Shown here: positions 45,486 to 55,882 of the stretch, one piece after another | Numbering within the stretch: the first letter of the stretch is position 1 | How the letters are laid out: every line of letters starts with the position of its first letter | IMG/VR virus record: IMGVR_UViG_3300037247_001890 | Span: 32,001 to 96,000 of that record | Length of the DNA stretch: 64,000 bases | Strand: one strand, 5' to 3' | Source: a virus | Position numbers and translations under genes: made by a program | Notes under the pieces: model-generated | What the model was told of the DNA's origin: nothing | The model's database searches: none | Seen by the model: only the letters and a program-made list of their open reading frames with translations

Positions 45486-46415
45486 ATGACTATTTACGAA
45501 TTATTAAACGAAGATCCGGATACGGTAAAGCATATTATAGAAAATATTGATAGATATTATCTGTCTTACGGAATCAAAAAAAGACGCGGACGATCTCGAA
45601 GAATAGATGCGCCCCAAGACAAACTAATCGAAATACAAAGAAAAATATTATATAAAATTTTATATAGGTATAAACCCCATCCAATTGCACATGGCTTTGT
45701 GAAAAAAAGGGGACCAAAAACAAATGCAGAAGAACATGTAGGCGCTGATCTTCTTATTACAATAGATATAAAGAATTTTTTCAATTCAATTACTGAGAAA
45801 CAAGTTTATTCTACTTTTGAGTATCTTTTTGATAGAAGATTGCCGTACGAAAAAGCAACTTCTAACGATATTAATATCATAGTCAAACTATTGACATATA
45901 GAGGCCGAGTACCACAGGGAGCAATTACAAGTCCAGCAGTCTCTAACTTATTCATGCTTCCATATGATAAAAAATTAAAAAAACTCCAACCAAAATATAA
46001 AATTAAAATAACACGATATTGTGATGATATTGCAATAAGCTCAAAAAAGAGTAAGGGATTAAAAGTACATGATATTCTAGATGATGTCAGAGAGATTTTA
46101 AGACCTGCAGGATTAAGAATGAATAAAACAAAAACAAAAGTAAGAAAACGATATCACAGAATGAAAGTTACAGGTATAATAGTAAACGAAAAGACTAATA
46201 TACCAAGAGAGAATTGGAGAAATTTCAGAGCATGCCTACACAATATCAAAGTAAAACAACCTATGGAAGAAGTTTCAGAGCTAGATCTGCAAAAGATGAG
46301 AGGGTACATAGAGTGGGTCAAGGTAATAAACCCTATACGTGGGAAACAGTTCTTGACAGAATTCGAGGAAATCTTAAATATGCAAAAGAAATTTTTCACA
46401 ATCATATTGACGTAA
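45486..46415 (+). CDS. retron-type reverse transcriptase
   Basis: RRIDAP; AHGF; NAEEH (region X); DIKNFF; PQGAITSP; YCDD; VTG (region Y). Confidence 0.92.
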   Translation: MTIYELLNEDPDTVKHIIENIDRYYLSYGIKKRRGRSRRIDAPQDKLIEIQRKILYKILYRYKPHPIAHGFVKKRGPKTNAEEHVGADLLITIDIKNFFNSITEKQVYSTFEYLFDRRLPYEKATSNDINIIVKLLTYRGRVPQGAITSPAVSNLFMLPYDKKLKKLQPKYKIKITRYCDDIAISSKKSKGLKVHDILDDVREILRPAGLRMNKTKTKVRKRYHRMKVTGIIVNEKTNIPRENWRNFRACLHNIKVKQPMEEVSELDLQKMRGYIEWVKVINPIRGKQFLTEFEEILNMQKKFFTIILT

Positions 46416-46762
46416 AAAACATAGAAATAAACGTGCCTATAGGGATTGTTCGAGGAAATCGGATAAATAAAGTAGGCTGGGTCAATGAAGGAACAGAAGG
46501 AATATACATTTATCCTTTGGCAAGGATAATAATTAGGAATAAAATGCAAGGAAGGCAACCCAGAACTACCCAAACACTTGAACTTCGAGTTGGAACTCTT
46601 ATAGAAGATCGATTCCGACGTAAAAAGAAATTCAAGTACTACATTGATAACAAAAAACGAGTTGTGGTTTGTTATCAGATAATCTCCGATAACCACCTAG
46701 AACGGCAAATAAAAGATTACATAAAGGAATGCAATAACATTAAATTCCTCTACTGTGATTAA
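46214..46762 (+). CDS. putative RT partner protein (overlaps the RT 3' end; start uncertain)
   Basis: 182-codon open frame, basic. Confidence 0.5.
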   Translation: MEKFQSMPTQYQSKTTYGRSFRARSAKDERVHRVGQGNKPYTWETVLDRIRGNLKYAKEIFHNHIDVKNIEINVPIGIVRGNRINKVGWVNEGTEGIYIYPLARIIIRNKMQGRQPRTTQTLELRVGTLIEDRFRRKKKFKYYIDNKKRVVVCYQIISDNHLERQIKDYIKECNNIKFLYCD

Positions 46763-47159
46763 GTCTAGACCATCTATTTTCAATGACGAAAATAAAAGAA
46801 TCTGCTAAGAAAGTATACAACCGTATACCGCAGAAATACAAAGATGACGTGAAGGAAGTCTGTAGATCAACTTTTAAATATGCTAGAACAGCAGCTATTG
46901 TTAAAGTTGTAGAAAGACTTGCCGAATTGAAAAAATAGAAACTGGCAGACAAAAAGTAAAGAATTGAAAATTAATTGAAAAACTATAAAGCAAACGTAAT
47001 AATAAAGAAAGGGAAAAAAGAAGAGGAAAGGATCCTATGGATACGACGTGATCATATCGTAGATGCCCTTAATGTTACACATAAAGTTAAAGCGATAAAG
47101 ATAAATTATATACAACAAATTTCTGAAGAAGAATACATGAAAGGGGTTGCTCATGCTTA

Positions 47160-47753
47160 GTGGATATCATAAGCATCAGCAAGGGAAACAAAAAACTTAA
47201 AGATATAGCAAGTTTTAGTTTACCACCAATTTTTTCTTGTCCATTTCATAAATATTGTTCAGATAAATGTTACGCTAGAAAATCATATAGAGCATATCCG
47301 AATACAAAAAATGCATATGACAGAAATTTTAGAATAGCAAAAGAAAATCCTGAAAACTTGAAAGAACAATTGATGGAAAATTTACGCTCTTATGAGAGTG
47401 AATATTTTCGTATCCATGTTTCGGGCGATTTCTATTCACAAGAATATTTAAATATGTGGATAGAAACTTGCAAACAATTCCCCGATAAACATTTCATGGC
47501 ATTCACGAAGTGTTACAGTTCCGATTACGAAGAAAAACCTGATAACATGGAAGTTATATTTAGTACTTTCGACAACATGCCAGCGGGAACATCAGACAAA
47601 ATACGAAATAAATACAATCGACCGATAGCACATGCAGGAGAATCCAATCCTGATAAATCCTATTATAACGATTGTCCTGATGATTGCTCGCAATGCAAAG
47701 TTTGTTGGCATTTGAGCGATGAAAGTAAGGGCGTATTTTTCCACTATCACTAG
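47160..47753 (+). CDS. phage Gp88-like protein
   Basis: SKGNKKL; FSLPP..SCP..CYA; FRIHVSGDFYS; C-terminal Cys cluster. Confidence 0.75.
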   Translation: MDIISISKGNKKLKDIASFSLPPIFSCPFHKYCSDKCYARKSYRAYPNTKNAYDRNFRIAKENPENLKEQLMENLRSYESEYFRIHVSGDFYSQEYLNMWIETCKQFPDKHFMAFTKCYSSDYEEKPDNMEVIFSTFDNMPAGTSDKIRNKYNRPIAHAGESNPDKSYYNDCPDDCSQCKVCWHLSDESKGVFFHYH

Positions 47754-47819
47754 CCTCTTTCTATAGGGGGCATTAAAGGGGCAATATATTTGCCCCTTTA
47801 TTTTTATATAGGAGGTACA

Positions 47820-49130
47820 ATGCATTTAGAACGACAATTATATCGTGAGTCTCGAACAGGAGCTATACTCTCGTGGAGAATAACAGTAGAAGACAGCGAT
47901 AACAAAATCAAAAGAACATTTGGACACAAAGAAGGCAAACAGCAGCACACAGAAGAAATTGTTGAGGGAAAAAACATTGGAAAATCCAACGAAACCACTC
48001 CTCATGAGCAAGCTGTAAAAGAAGCACAATCTATCATAGTTAAAAAACTAAAAGAAGGTTTCAGAGACAAGCTTACGACGCAAATTTTTACATTTGACCC
48101 CCTCCCAGAAGGATTTACTCCTAGTAAACCAATTTCGGCACCGCCAGAGGGAACATCAATGAGTGTGGGGTTGGAAAAGTTTTACGCTGAAAGGAAATAC
48201 AATGGAGTCAACCTACTTTTGGTTGTGGATCTTAAGAATGCGAAGCACCTATACACCAGAGGCATCGAAGAAATAACGCACTTAATTGCAGACATACCAG
48301 AGATAAAAAAACTGTGTGAATACGAAGTTCCGGCCGGCAGTATCACCAGTTTTGAATTTATTTACTTTAACTCTGATGGTGTGGAAATGCCCAAGGATTT
48401 GAGAGCATTTACTGAAGTTAGATCCACCAAGGAAAAAACAGAAGCAAGATATCTTCACCTAAAAGAAGTCGGCGGACACCTGGAAATTAAAATTTTTGAT
48501 ATGCTTTTCTATGACAAAACGGATATTACAAAAACAGATTTTTCTGATAGAAGAGCGATTATTAAGAAGACATATTACGATAAAGATGCCACATATGAAC
48601 CATGGTCTATACAGTTGCTGACAAAAGAACACGTTGACATGGCACTTGAACAAGGATGGGAAGGTTTTGTCTTAAGACATTTGACAGGTGAGTCCAGTTA
48701 TATTGAGTATACGATGAACGGAAAAGCATATCGAAAGGGCTCCTGGAAATTAAAATTCCAATGGACGGAAGATTTCTATATTTTTGAGTTCATGACTAGC
48801 AATGCTGGAAAATTAAAAGGACTTCCTGCAAGATTCCATCTTGGAAAACTAGATGCTTTTGGAGAAAGGGTTGAGTGCGGGTGGTGTGGTCCGGGAACGC
48901 TAGGAATGGATGGTGTGAAAGTAATGGCAAAGAAATTGGGTTGGAGCAGTGTGGAAAAACTTCCATACAAAACTGCTTTTCCAGTTTCGAATCCACTCAC
49001 AGTAGAGATAAAATACCGTTCCAGGCAGCCAGATAGTAATGCACTGGAGCATCCAGTAATATTGGAAACACGTGAGGATAAGCCATGGAAAGAATGCCTG
49101 ATAAGCGATGAGCCTGTGCTATTCGAATGA
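47820..49130 (+). CDS. ATP-dependent DNA ligase with WGR-like N-terminus
   Basis: GKNIGKSNETTP; ERKYNG; FDML; WEGFVLR; WKLK; OB domain ending LEHP..R.DK; SD AGGAGGT. Confidence 0.85.
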   Translation: MHLERQLYRESRTGAILSWRITVEDSDNKIKRTFGHKEGKQQHTEEIVEGKNIGKSNETTPHEQAVKEAQSIIVKKLKEGFRDKLTTQIFTFDPLPEGFTPSKPISAPPEGTSMSVGLEKFYAERKYNGVNLLLVVDLKNAKHLYTRGIEEITHLIADIPEIKKLCEYEVPAGSITSFEFIYFNSDGVEMPKDLRAFTEVRSTKEKTEARYLHLKEVGGHLEIKIFDMLFYDKTDITKTDFSDRRAIIKKTYYDKDATYEPWSIQLLTKEHVDMALEQGWEGFVLRHLTGESSYIEYTMNGKAYRKGSWKLKFQWTEDFYIFEFMTSNAGKLKGLPARFHLGKLDAFGERVECGWCGPGTLGMDGVKVMAKKLGWSSVEKLPYKTAFPVSNPLTVEIKYRSRQPDSNALEHPVILETREDKPWKECLISDEPVLFE

Positions 49131-49385
49131 AAGTAAATATCATTAATGGTTCTTTTGTTGAATTCAGAATGGTAGTAAAACTAATGCATACACATGGAGA
49201 ATCCAAGATAGTTAGGATAGAAACCATGAAGGAACTTACTGCAGAAGTAAGAAAGTTTAAAGCAGTAAAAGTAGAAACACAAGAGTATGCTTGTGTATTC
49301 AAAGAGGGTATATAATATACCCTCTTTTTATTTGCATTAGACGCTAAAATTTTTTAAATTAAGGTATACTTAACCAAAAAAATAA

Positions 49386-50696
49386 ATGGACAAACCAAAA
49401 TTACTCATCTGGTGTGACGCGCCAGTTGTTCCGACCGGATTTGGAAACGTTGCCAAGAACCTATTTTGTGAGCTTTACAAAGATTTCGATGTAGATATTG
49501 TCGGAATAAATTACACGGGCCTAACGAAATACGATCGCAATCTTTGGTACATTTATCCTGTTCAACAGACAGCACCGCTGGGGGATAACGTTTTGCGTAC
49601 TGTGCTAATGCAGGAGAAATTTGATATCATGTTTATGTTTCAAGATGTGTTTCATATAAGCCAAATGCTTGCTCCGATCAAACAAAAATTTCCTGATATG
49701 AAATACATTTGCTATTTCCCTATTGATGGGGGTCCCTTATATGGTGACTGGCGTAATGTCTTTGAGTTATCTGATAAAGCGATTACTTACACAAAATTTG
49801 CAAAGAACATGATTGCCGAAGCTTATCCAAGTGTAGATATTAATAAAGTAGACTACTTGTATCATGGAGTTGAACCAGTTTTTGCACTATTAAGCAGGCA
49901 AGAAAGAAAAAGAATTAAGGCAGAACTAAAGTGGGTTGACAAGTTCGTCGCGGTAAACATTAACAGATATCAGCCTAGAAAAAACATATCCGCCACAATT
50001 AGATCCTGGTCATTGTTCTCTATTGGATATAAATTGTGTGAATGTGGAAATGCATATCCCAAATATTTAAATTTCTGTGACGCAAATCGATGCCCGGCAT
50101 CTAAAGTAGTTAAAGAAACAGAAGGGCACGATGATGTGACATTATATTTGCACATGAGGCCTTACGAAAAAGTTAATGGTCCGGGAGCAGGAAATGCTTT
50201 GCAAGCCTTAATAAAACAAGCAGGATTTGATGACGGAGATATCAGATCTGGAAAAATAATGCTTCAAGAGAGAGACCTCTATGCACAACCTTATACCGTG
50301 GAGCAAATGAATCAAGTGTATAACGGAGCTGATATTAATATTTCCACAGCGGTCGGAGAAGGTGTTGGACTATCTCTTATAGAAGCATGTGGAAGTGGAA
50401 CAACATCTATAGCTCCAAGAAACTCGGCTATTTTAGAAATGCTGGAAGGACACGGAATTATTGTTGACAATGTTCCGAACGGAATGTATACACAACCTTT
50501 GGATAATAGTTTTAAAAGACCTAACGTTGACACATTAAAATTTGCTGAGGCAATAGAGGAACAATATCAACTGTGGGTTGAAAATGGACGTAGAAAAATA
50601 ATAAATCAAGCTGCCATGGATGCTGTTAAAACAAAGTTCGACTGGGACGAAAAAAGAAGTTATATAAGAGACCAGTTGTTAAAATTGCTTGCATGA
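49386..50696 (+). CDS. GT-B (GT4-like) glycosyltransferase
   Basis: PTGFGNV; YHGV; NRYQPRKN; YNGAD; GEGVGLSLIEA. Confidence 0.9.
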   Translation: MDKPKLLIWCDAPVVPTGFGNVAKNLFCELYKDFDVDIVGINYTGLTKYDRNLWYIYPVQQTAPLGDNVLRTVLMQEKFDIMFMFQDVFHISQMLAPIKQKFPDMKYICYFPIDGGPLYGDWRNVFELSDKAITYTKFAKNMIAEAYPSVDINKVDYLYHGVEPVFALLSRQERKRIKAELKWVDKFVAVNINRYQPRKNISATIRSWSLFSIGYKLCECGNAYPKYLNFCDANRCPASKVVKETEGHDDVTLYLHMRPYEKVNGPGAGNALQALIKQAGFDDGDIRSGKIMLQERDLYAQPYTVEQMNQVYNGADINISTAVGEGVGLSLIEACGSGTTSIAPRNSAILEMLEGHGIIVDNVPNGMYTQPLDNSFKRPNVDTLKFAEAIEEQYQLWVENGRRKIINQAAMDAVKTKFDWDEKRSYIRDQLLKLLA

Positions 50697-51034
50697 GAAT
50701 AAGACTAACTAATGGTATTTGGATAGGATCAGCAGTGAGCATACTAAAAGGAAGCATCATTTTTGGTATGCTTATTGCGGCCACTATCGAAGTAATAACA
50801 GTATTTTTAATAAATATTCTTTGGTTTGCAAAAGGATATAAACCGTTGGTTCCTGGAAGTTTTATGGCATCAATAATTTTACCAAACACTTCTCCAAAAA
50901 AAGATAGTTTTTCATATCAAGAAGTTTTATTTAGAATATATCTAAGAGCAATTGCTCTTATTTTTATGGCCTTATGGCCAAGTGCTTGGCCAATCTTTTT
51001 AATTATTTTTACCTTAACCTTATTATATAAATGA
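50693..51034 (+). CDS. membrane protein
   Basis: Hydrophobic segments; ATGA-coupled. Confidence 0.55.
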   Translation: MRIRLTNGIWIGSAVSILKGSIIFGMLIAATIEVITVFLINILWFAKGYKPLVPGSFMASIILPNTSPKKDSFSYQEVLFRIYLRAIALIFMALWPSAWPIFLIIFTLTLLYK

Positions 51035-51391
51035 TGGATATAGACGGAACAAAAAAAGTAGATGTATTTGATTTAAAATTAGATAAAGAGAAAAAACAAT
51101 ACGAGGACCTGTTAAATAACCCGAGTGTTAATATTGTACGAGAAGAGTTTAGTTATGTTAGAACGGGCAATCCAGCCATAACAGTTTGGTATATTTTGGA
51201 CGAAATATAAGATTACATGGTTGGCACGACCTCTGCCAGGGGATCTTTTACAATTCCTTCTTCTTTCTCCATAGATATTCTTCGTATCCAGGTATGACCT
51301 TCCGGTAGGATGTCTCTATTGTGAAGTGGTAATCTATAGATAGCCTCGCATTTCTCACATTTATAAATCTCATAGGTGTTATATTTTTTCA

Positions 51392-53290
51392 TTACTTCGG
51401 ACCTGCTTTTGGATGTCCGGCTTTTTTCTTTGCACCCTCGTCTTTTGTTCCATCCGCTTTCGTGCCAGCCTTTTTACTCGTTTGTGATTTTTTTGCAGGT
51501 GTAGTAGGTTCTTCTGGTTCTTCTGGCATTGCCATCTCTTGCAGCATAATTTTCTCTTCTATTCTTTTAGCTACAAGTGCTGCATGATAAGGCATCTTAC
51601 TTTCTAATTTAGTTAAGGCTGCTACTTGTCCCGCAGGATCCATGAGCATTATTTCTTCTGCATATTTATCTATCGCGGCGGATAAGTCCATTTCACTAGG
51701 ATCGCCTTGAGTTTCTTCTGTAAGCTCTTCTTTAAATTTAGCTTCTCTAATTCTTGCTTGCTCATCTATAGCTGCTTGTTGGGCACGAACTTGATATTTA
51801 GCAGATATTTCGAGAGCTTGTCCTTGAGCTTCCGCTTCCTTCATAGCAGTATCTAAAGCCAAGCTAACCTCAAATTCTTTAGACATCTTAATGTTCTCTT
51901 TTTCTTCTTCGAAGGAAATACCAAACTCTTCAAGAACTTTGGATAGACTTATTTTGTTTGTAGCCGCTAATTCAAGTATCAGTCGTTTAGTTTCTGAATC
52001 GTCGGCCATTCTCAGACGTTTGAAGTGAACTGTTACAGAAGGAAATTTTATTAATTCAGTTGCCTTCCTAATAATAAAATGATTAACAAAATCTTCTAGT
52101 TGTCCTCTGTATGTCAAGAAATGATTCTCTACTATACGCAAAGAAATAGATGAACCTGTCCATGTTGCCCCACCTTTTATAAATTCTATAGGAACTCCCA
52201 AAGAATTTATAATAGTTTCCTCTAAAAATTTTAGCTCGGCAGTAACAAGCAACATCTTAGCATCCCCACCAATATTTTCTGACCCTATGGCTATAGGGAA
52301 GATACCAATGTGATTAGGATCTATTTTCCACGCTCTTACATCTTCTTCTAATTTGCTTCGCCATGTACGAAGGTTCATTTGAGAAAACGGATCTATTGCG
52401 TTGGTAGGAGCAGGAAACAAAGTTCTGAATGGAATAATGTGCTCTGCGGCGATTGCCTCATTACCACGTCTAAGAGTCTGCATGTACCAGATGTCTGCCA
52501 GAGCACTTAAAATAATAGGTTTTCCCCAACCCATGTCTTCTTCTGCTAAAGTATTTCTTTTGAAATGGTACAGATTACCAGAATCTAATTCTATTTTTTT
52601 CTTTTCTCTTAGAGCAGTAATAAATAATTCGGGCGTAGTTTTTAATGTCTTTTTATTGCCTTTAATTATTTTGGCTTTTATTGAGGCTGGCATGGAGTAA
52701 TAATAAATGGTATCGCCAGTTAAAGGATCGTATTCAAGGTCTATATTTTCAGGACTCCATCTAACGAACCTCAAATAGTGAGGATTTCCCAGATATCTGT
52801 CATCTATGTCATAAATCCCGTGTGCATTGCATTTGGGACATTGACCATGGTATTGGAAATTTCGCCATTGGTATTTTACCTCGTCTATTGGAATCGATTG
52901 CTTACAGGATTTGCATTTTAAATATCTGTCGAACTTCATGTTCGCTGAAATGAAACTATTACCGTAAGTAAAATAATCCAGACCCACCTGAATTAGCATG
53001 GCCTTTATTTTTATATCAAAATTAAAAAATCTCTTATAAAGCTTTCTAACTTTGAGGTCTGTATCTCTGTCAAATAAAATATCTGTAATCGGGTATTCAG
53101 TTAGTTTAGTTATAACAGAATTAATAAAACCGTTTCTGTAAAAAAAGGTCCGGCAATGCTTAAACAGCATCTTGATTGATCTAGGCATGTAGGACCTAGA
53201 AATGTCGAACCAGGGAGATGGATAGTCAAGCCTAGTCAGGTTCTTACTTTTAACATAATATTTATCGCTGTACGGAGGAATATTGACCAT
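51392..53290 (-). CDS. putative portal protein with Zn-ribbon insertion
   Basis: 632 aa; DYFTYGNSF; YHFK...WGKPII; SLGVPIEF pattern typical of portals. Confidence 0.6.
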   Translation of the reverse strand: MVNIPPYSDKYYVKSKNLTRLDYPSPWFDISRSYMPRSIKMLFKHCRTFFYRNGFINSVITKLTEYPITDILFDRDTDLKVRKLYKRFFNFDIKIKAMLIQVGLDYFTYGNSFISANMKFDRYLKCKSCKQSIPIDEVKYQWRNFQYHGQCPKCNAHGIYDIDDRYLGNPHYLRFVRWSPENIDLEYDPLTGDTIYYYSMPASIKAKIIKGNKKTLKTTPELFITALREKKKIELDSGNLYHFKRNTLAEEDMGWGKPIILSALADIWYMQTLRRGNEAIAAEHIIPFRTLFPAPTNAIDPFSQMNLRTWRSKLEEDVRAWKIDPNHIGIFPIAIGSENIGGDAKMLLVTAELKFLEETIINSLGVPIEFIKGGATWTGSSISLRIVENHFLTYRGQLEDFVNHFIIRKATELIKFPSVTVHFKRLRMADDSETKRLILELAATNKISLSKVLEEFGISFEEEKENIKMSKEFEVSLALDTAMKEAEAQGQALEISAKYQVRAQQAAIDEQARIREAKFKEELTEETQGDPSEMDLSAAIDKYAEEIMLMDPAGQVAALTKLESKMPYHAALVAKRIEEKIMLQEMAMPEEPEEPTTPAKKSQTSKKAGTKADGTKDEGAKKKAGHPKAGPK

Positions 53291-53293
53291 AAT

Positions 53294-53914
53294 TTATATT
53301 GTTGTTATTATTTCTTTGTGGTTTTGAGTTCTATAATCGATCTGGTTAGTATGCTTAGAACTATTACAAGATCTACATAATGCTTGTATGTTTTCTTTGA
53401 TAAAATCTCCGCCTTTGCTTGCAGGGTAGATATGATCACGTGCAGGCTTTAATTCATCAGTAAAAGTTTCACCACAGCATGCACATTTGTTATTTTGCAA
53501 AAGTATAATATAGTTAAATTCTTTTTCATCTAAAGTATTTAGAGTCTTAGATTTCCAATATCTGCTGTTGTGATGTCCTCGAGCTATTGCCGCTCTACCT
53601 TTTTCAGATTTTCTATATTGGGCTTGTGCTGCTTTACCTTTATCAGTTTTTCTATATTCAACATCTGCTAATTTACCTTTATCAGACTTATTATATCTAG
53701 CTATTGTTGCTTTACCTTTATCGGATTTAATGTATTCAGCTCGTATTAATTTACCTTTTTCAGACTTATTATATTCTTTTTGTCTAGCATTACGACAACT
53801 TTTGCACTCCGATCGTTTTCCATCTTTGTGTCTATTATTGTTATAATATTCTTCTAAAGCTTTATTCATTCCGCATTTAGTGCATATCTTATTCATAATC
53901 AACAATTTACACAA
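53294..53914 (-). CDS. HNH homing endonuclease (paralogue of 3505-4089)
   Basis: Zn ribbon; YxKSDKGK repeats; DHIYP...NIQALCRSCNSSK. Confidence 0.85.
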   Translation of the reverse strand: MCKLLIMNKICTKCGMNKALEEYYNNNRHKDGKRSECKSCRNARQKEYNKSEKGKLIRAEYIKSDKGKATIARYNKSDKGKLADVEYRKTDKGKAAQAQYRKSEKGRAAIARGHHNSRYWKSKTLNTLDEKEFNYIILLQNNKCACCGETFTDELKPARDHIYPASKGGDFIKENIQALCRSCNSSKHTNQIDYRTQNHKEIITTI

Positions 53915-54452
53915 TTTCTAACTGTTTAGCAAGAAAATCAACATTTTTTCCGGATTCGATATCATGATATAATTCTATTGCCATCAAATGAGATGCTTGT
54001 ATATCAAGGATGCTGTCATCTCTCAAAGGAAAAGGTCCGGATTCCATTTTGTCTCTAACCTCTTTTAACATGGCTTTGTTATCTTCTGTGTTATCAATTA
54101 CTTCAGGATAAATATATACACCGCCATCATTAAACACTCTCTTTGCATAAATTCTAACCTCAAAACTAAACGGGAGCCTCGGCATTATCTTAGCCATCAA
54201 TAAAATTCCGTGCCATAACTGCTCTGCATTTGGTGGTTCCAGCACGGTGAAATCAGGGACTTCATAATTTAAAGCGGTAATTATATTCTCAAAAATATAA
54301 AAATCCTCATAAGGCCGAGGATCCTTTTTTAAAGTTAAGATTGATTGTATAAAACTCCAACGGCCCTCATCTATATCTGCAAAGTCTTCTCGGAGTATTT
54401 CCGTATCCGGATATTCTATTCGATCCAAAGTGATTATATCTTTAATCTGCAT
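53907..54452 (-). CDS. hypothetical protein (head module)
   Basis: Overlap-coupled. Confidence 0.65.
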   Translation of the reverse strand: MQIKDIITLDRIEYPDTEILREDFADIDEGRWSFIQSILTLKKDPRPYEDFYIFENIITALNYEVPDFTVLEPPNAEQLWHGILLMAKIMPRLPFSFEVRIYAKRVFNDGGVYIYPEVIDNTEDNKAMLKEVRDKMESGPFPLRDDSILDIQASHLMAIELYHDIESGKNVDFLAKQLEIV

Positions 54453-54747
54453 CTAGCATCTTTTTGATTTGCCCATAAGTAGCAAAGCTAATACCAGCAG
54501 CAAGACTGCCTTTTAGAGCTCTCCAACCGCTGCCTTTCCATTTATGTAGGAATCTTTTTAGAGTCGTTGAATTGGCAGGTAATGGTTCTATTATTTTTTT
54601 AGTGGCTATCTGCTCTAATGGGTGGGTTCCAAAAACCGCAGTAGCGCCGGCAACACCACCGGCTAACAAGTCATCGAAACCTTTTTCTCTAGAGACCTTT
54701 TCAAAATATTTCATTTGACTCTCCACAGTCCTATCAAAATATTTCAT
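54442..54747 (-). CDS. MKYFEK-family protein with a doubled leader
   Basis: MKYFDRTVESQ-MKYFEKVS; Gly-rich hydrophobic segments. Confidence 0.7.
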   Translation of the reverse strand: MKYFDRTVESQMKYFEKVSREKGFDDLLAGGVAGATAVFGTHPLEQIATKKIIEPLPANSTTLKRFLHKWKGSGWRALKGSLAAGISFATYGQIKKMLDAD

Positions 54748-55829
54748 TACTGCTCGAGTTCGCTAAGAATGCCTTCTCTAATTGGGGATGGTAAACTTCT
54801 GAATATGTCTGGGCCATCATCGGTCTTTAGTGCTTCCTGAGTTTCCTTGTCAATCCAATCTGATAAATCTCCGCCAACTAATGTATTGTATTCTGTCTCA
54901 GAGAGAATTCTATCATCTATTTCATACAGAGCTTCTTTTTTCATACCAAGTGTAGCACTTACTGGTTCTTCGATTTTTCTGTCATAATGATAGTGTAAAT
55001 TGGCATTTTTATCTATTTTATTTAACGCACTGGCCACTTCTATCGGTGTCCACTCTGCAGTCTTTTCTAATAAAGCTTTATAAGCAGAGCGTGTTGGCTC
55101 ATCGTGAGTCATTGTAGCGCGACTTCTTATGTGATGTACGAAGTCAGGATTGAACGACTTAGCATCAATATGTGCCAATTTATCAATTAGTGCTGTTGGT
55201 TCTATCTTGAACTGGCCCAATTTAGGAAACAGATTTTTAGCATATTCTATTCTGTCCTGAACCTCTAATTCTCGTGCATAATTTTTGAAATATGCGAAAG
55301 CTTTTTTAGTCAGTTCTTCTGTGTGAATAGGATACTTTTCCTCTTTCGGAAGTGCGTATTCTATTTCAGTTGGTTTCTCTTTGTTCTTTTCCAATTTCTG
55401 ATAAAATGCTTTTTTATCAACTCCATTGTTGACATCTATAATATTTGAATCGACAAAGTCATTAACAAAAGGTTCCAGGTCTTCTGGGAAGTCTACTTTA
55501 AAATGTACTGCAGCTTTTTTCAAATGTGTAGCTGCAATCTTAATCAATTCATCAGGAATTTCTTTAATTTTTTGTGAGAGCAATTGTGTATTTAAAGCCG
55601 TCAATTCCTTATTGTAGTATGCATATTTATGTCTAAACCCATTTCTTTTATCAAAAAGAACAAGGGCGAAGTCATCTTCATTCCTTTCGGCTGCCTCTTC
55701 AATCGAAGGTACGAAAGCTTGTTTGATTGAGTCATCCATGGAAGAAACTAATTCGGCAACCTTCTCCACATTTCCAGAAGTCACTTCATCAGTTATATCG
55801 TAGTTTTTGGTTAATAATTTAAAGCTCAT
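54747..55829 (-). CDS. putative head-assembly/internal protein
   Basis: 360 aa; several [ED]KxA motifs. Confidence 0.6.
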   Translation of the reverse strand: MSFKLLTKNYDITDEVTSGNVEKVAELVSSMDDSIKQAFVPSIEEAAERNEDDFALVLFDKRNGFRHKYAYYNKELTALNTQLLSQKIKEIPDELIKIAATHLKKAAVHFKVDFPEDLEPFVNDFVDSNIIDVNNGVDKKAFYQKLEKNKEKPTEIEYALPKEEKYPIHTEELTKKAFAYFKNYARELEVQDRIEYAKNLFPKLGQFKIEPTALIDKLAHIDAKSFNPDFVHHIRSRATMTHDEPTRSAYKALLEKTAEWTPIEVASALNKIDKNANLHYHYDRKIEEPVSATLGMKKEALYEIDDRILSETEYNTLVGGDLSDWIDKETQEALKTDDGPDIFRSLPSPIREGILSELEQ

Positions 55830-55853
55830 TGCTTGTCCTTTAATATTTAAATA

Positions 55854-55882
55854 AATATAAGAAAATTTTCGTACAGGATCAA
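55854..55882 (-). promoter_or_regulatory. sigma70-like promoter TTGATC-17-TATATT
   Basis: Exact spacing upstream of the head operon. Confidence 0.65.

Noticed and set aside
45486-46415. DGR or group II intron RT
   Set aside because: No TR/VR pair differing at adenines was seen, no maturase/En domain or intron domain V; motifs are retron-type
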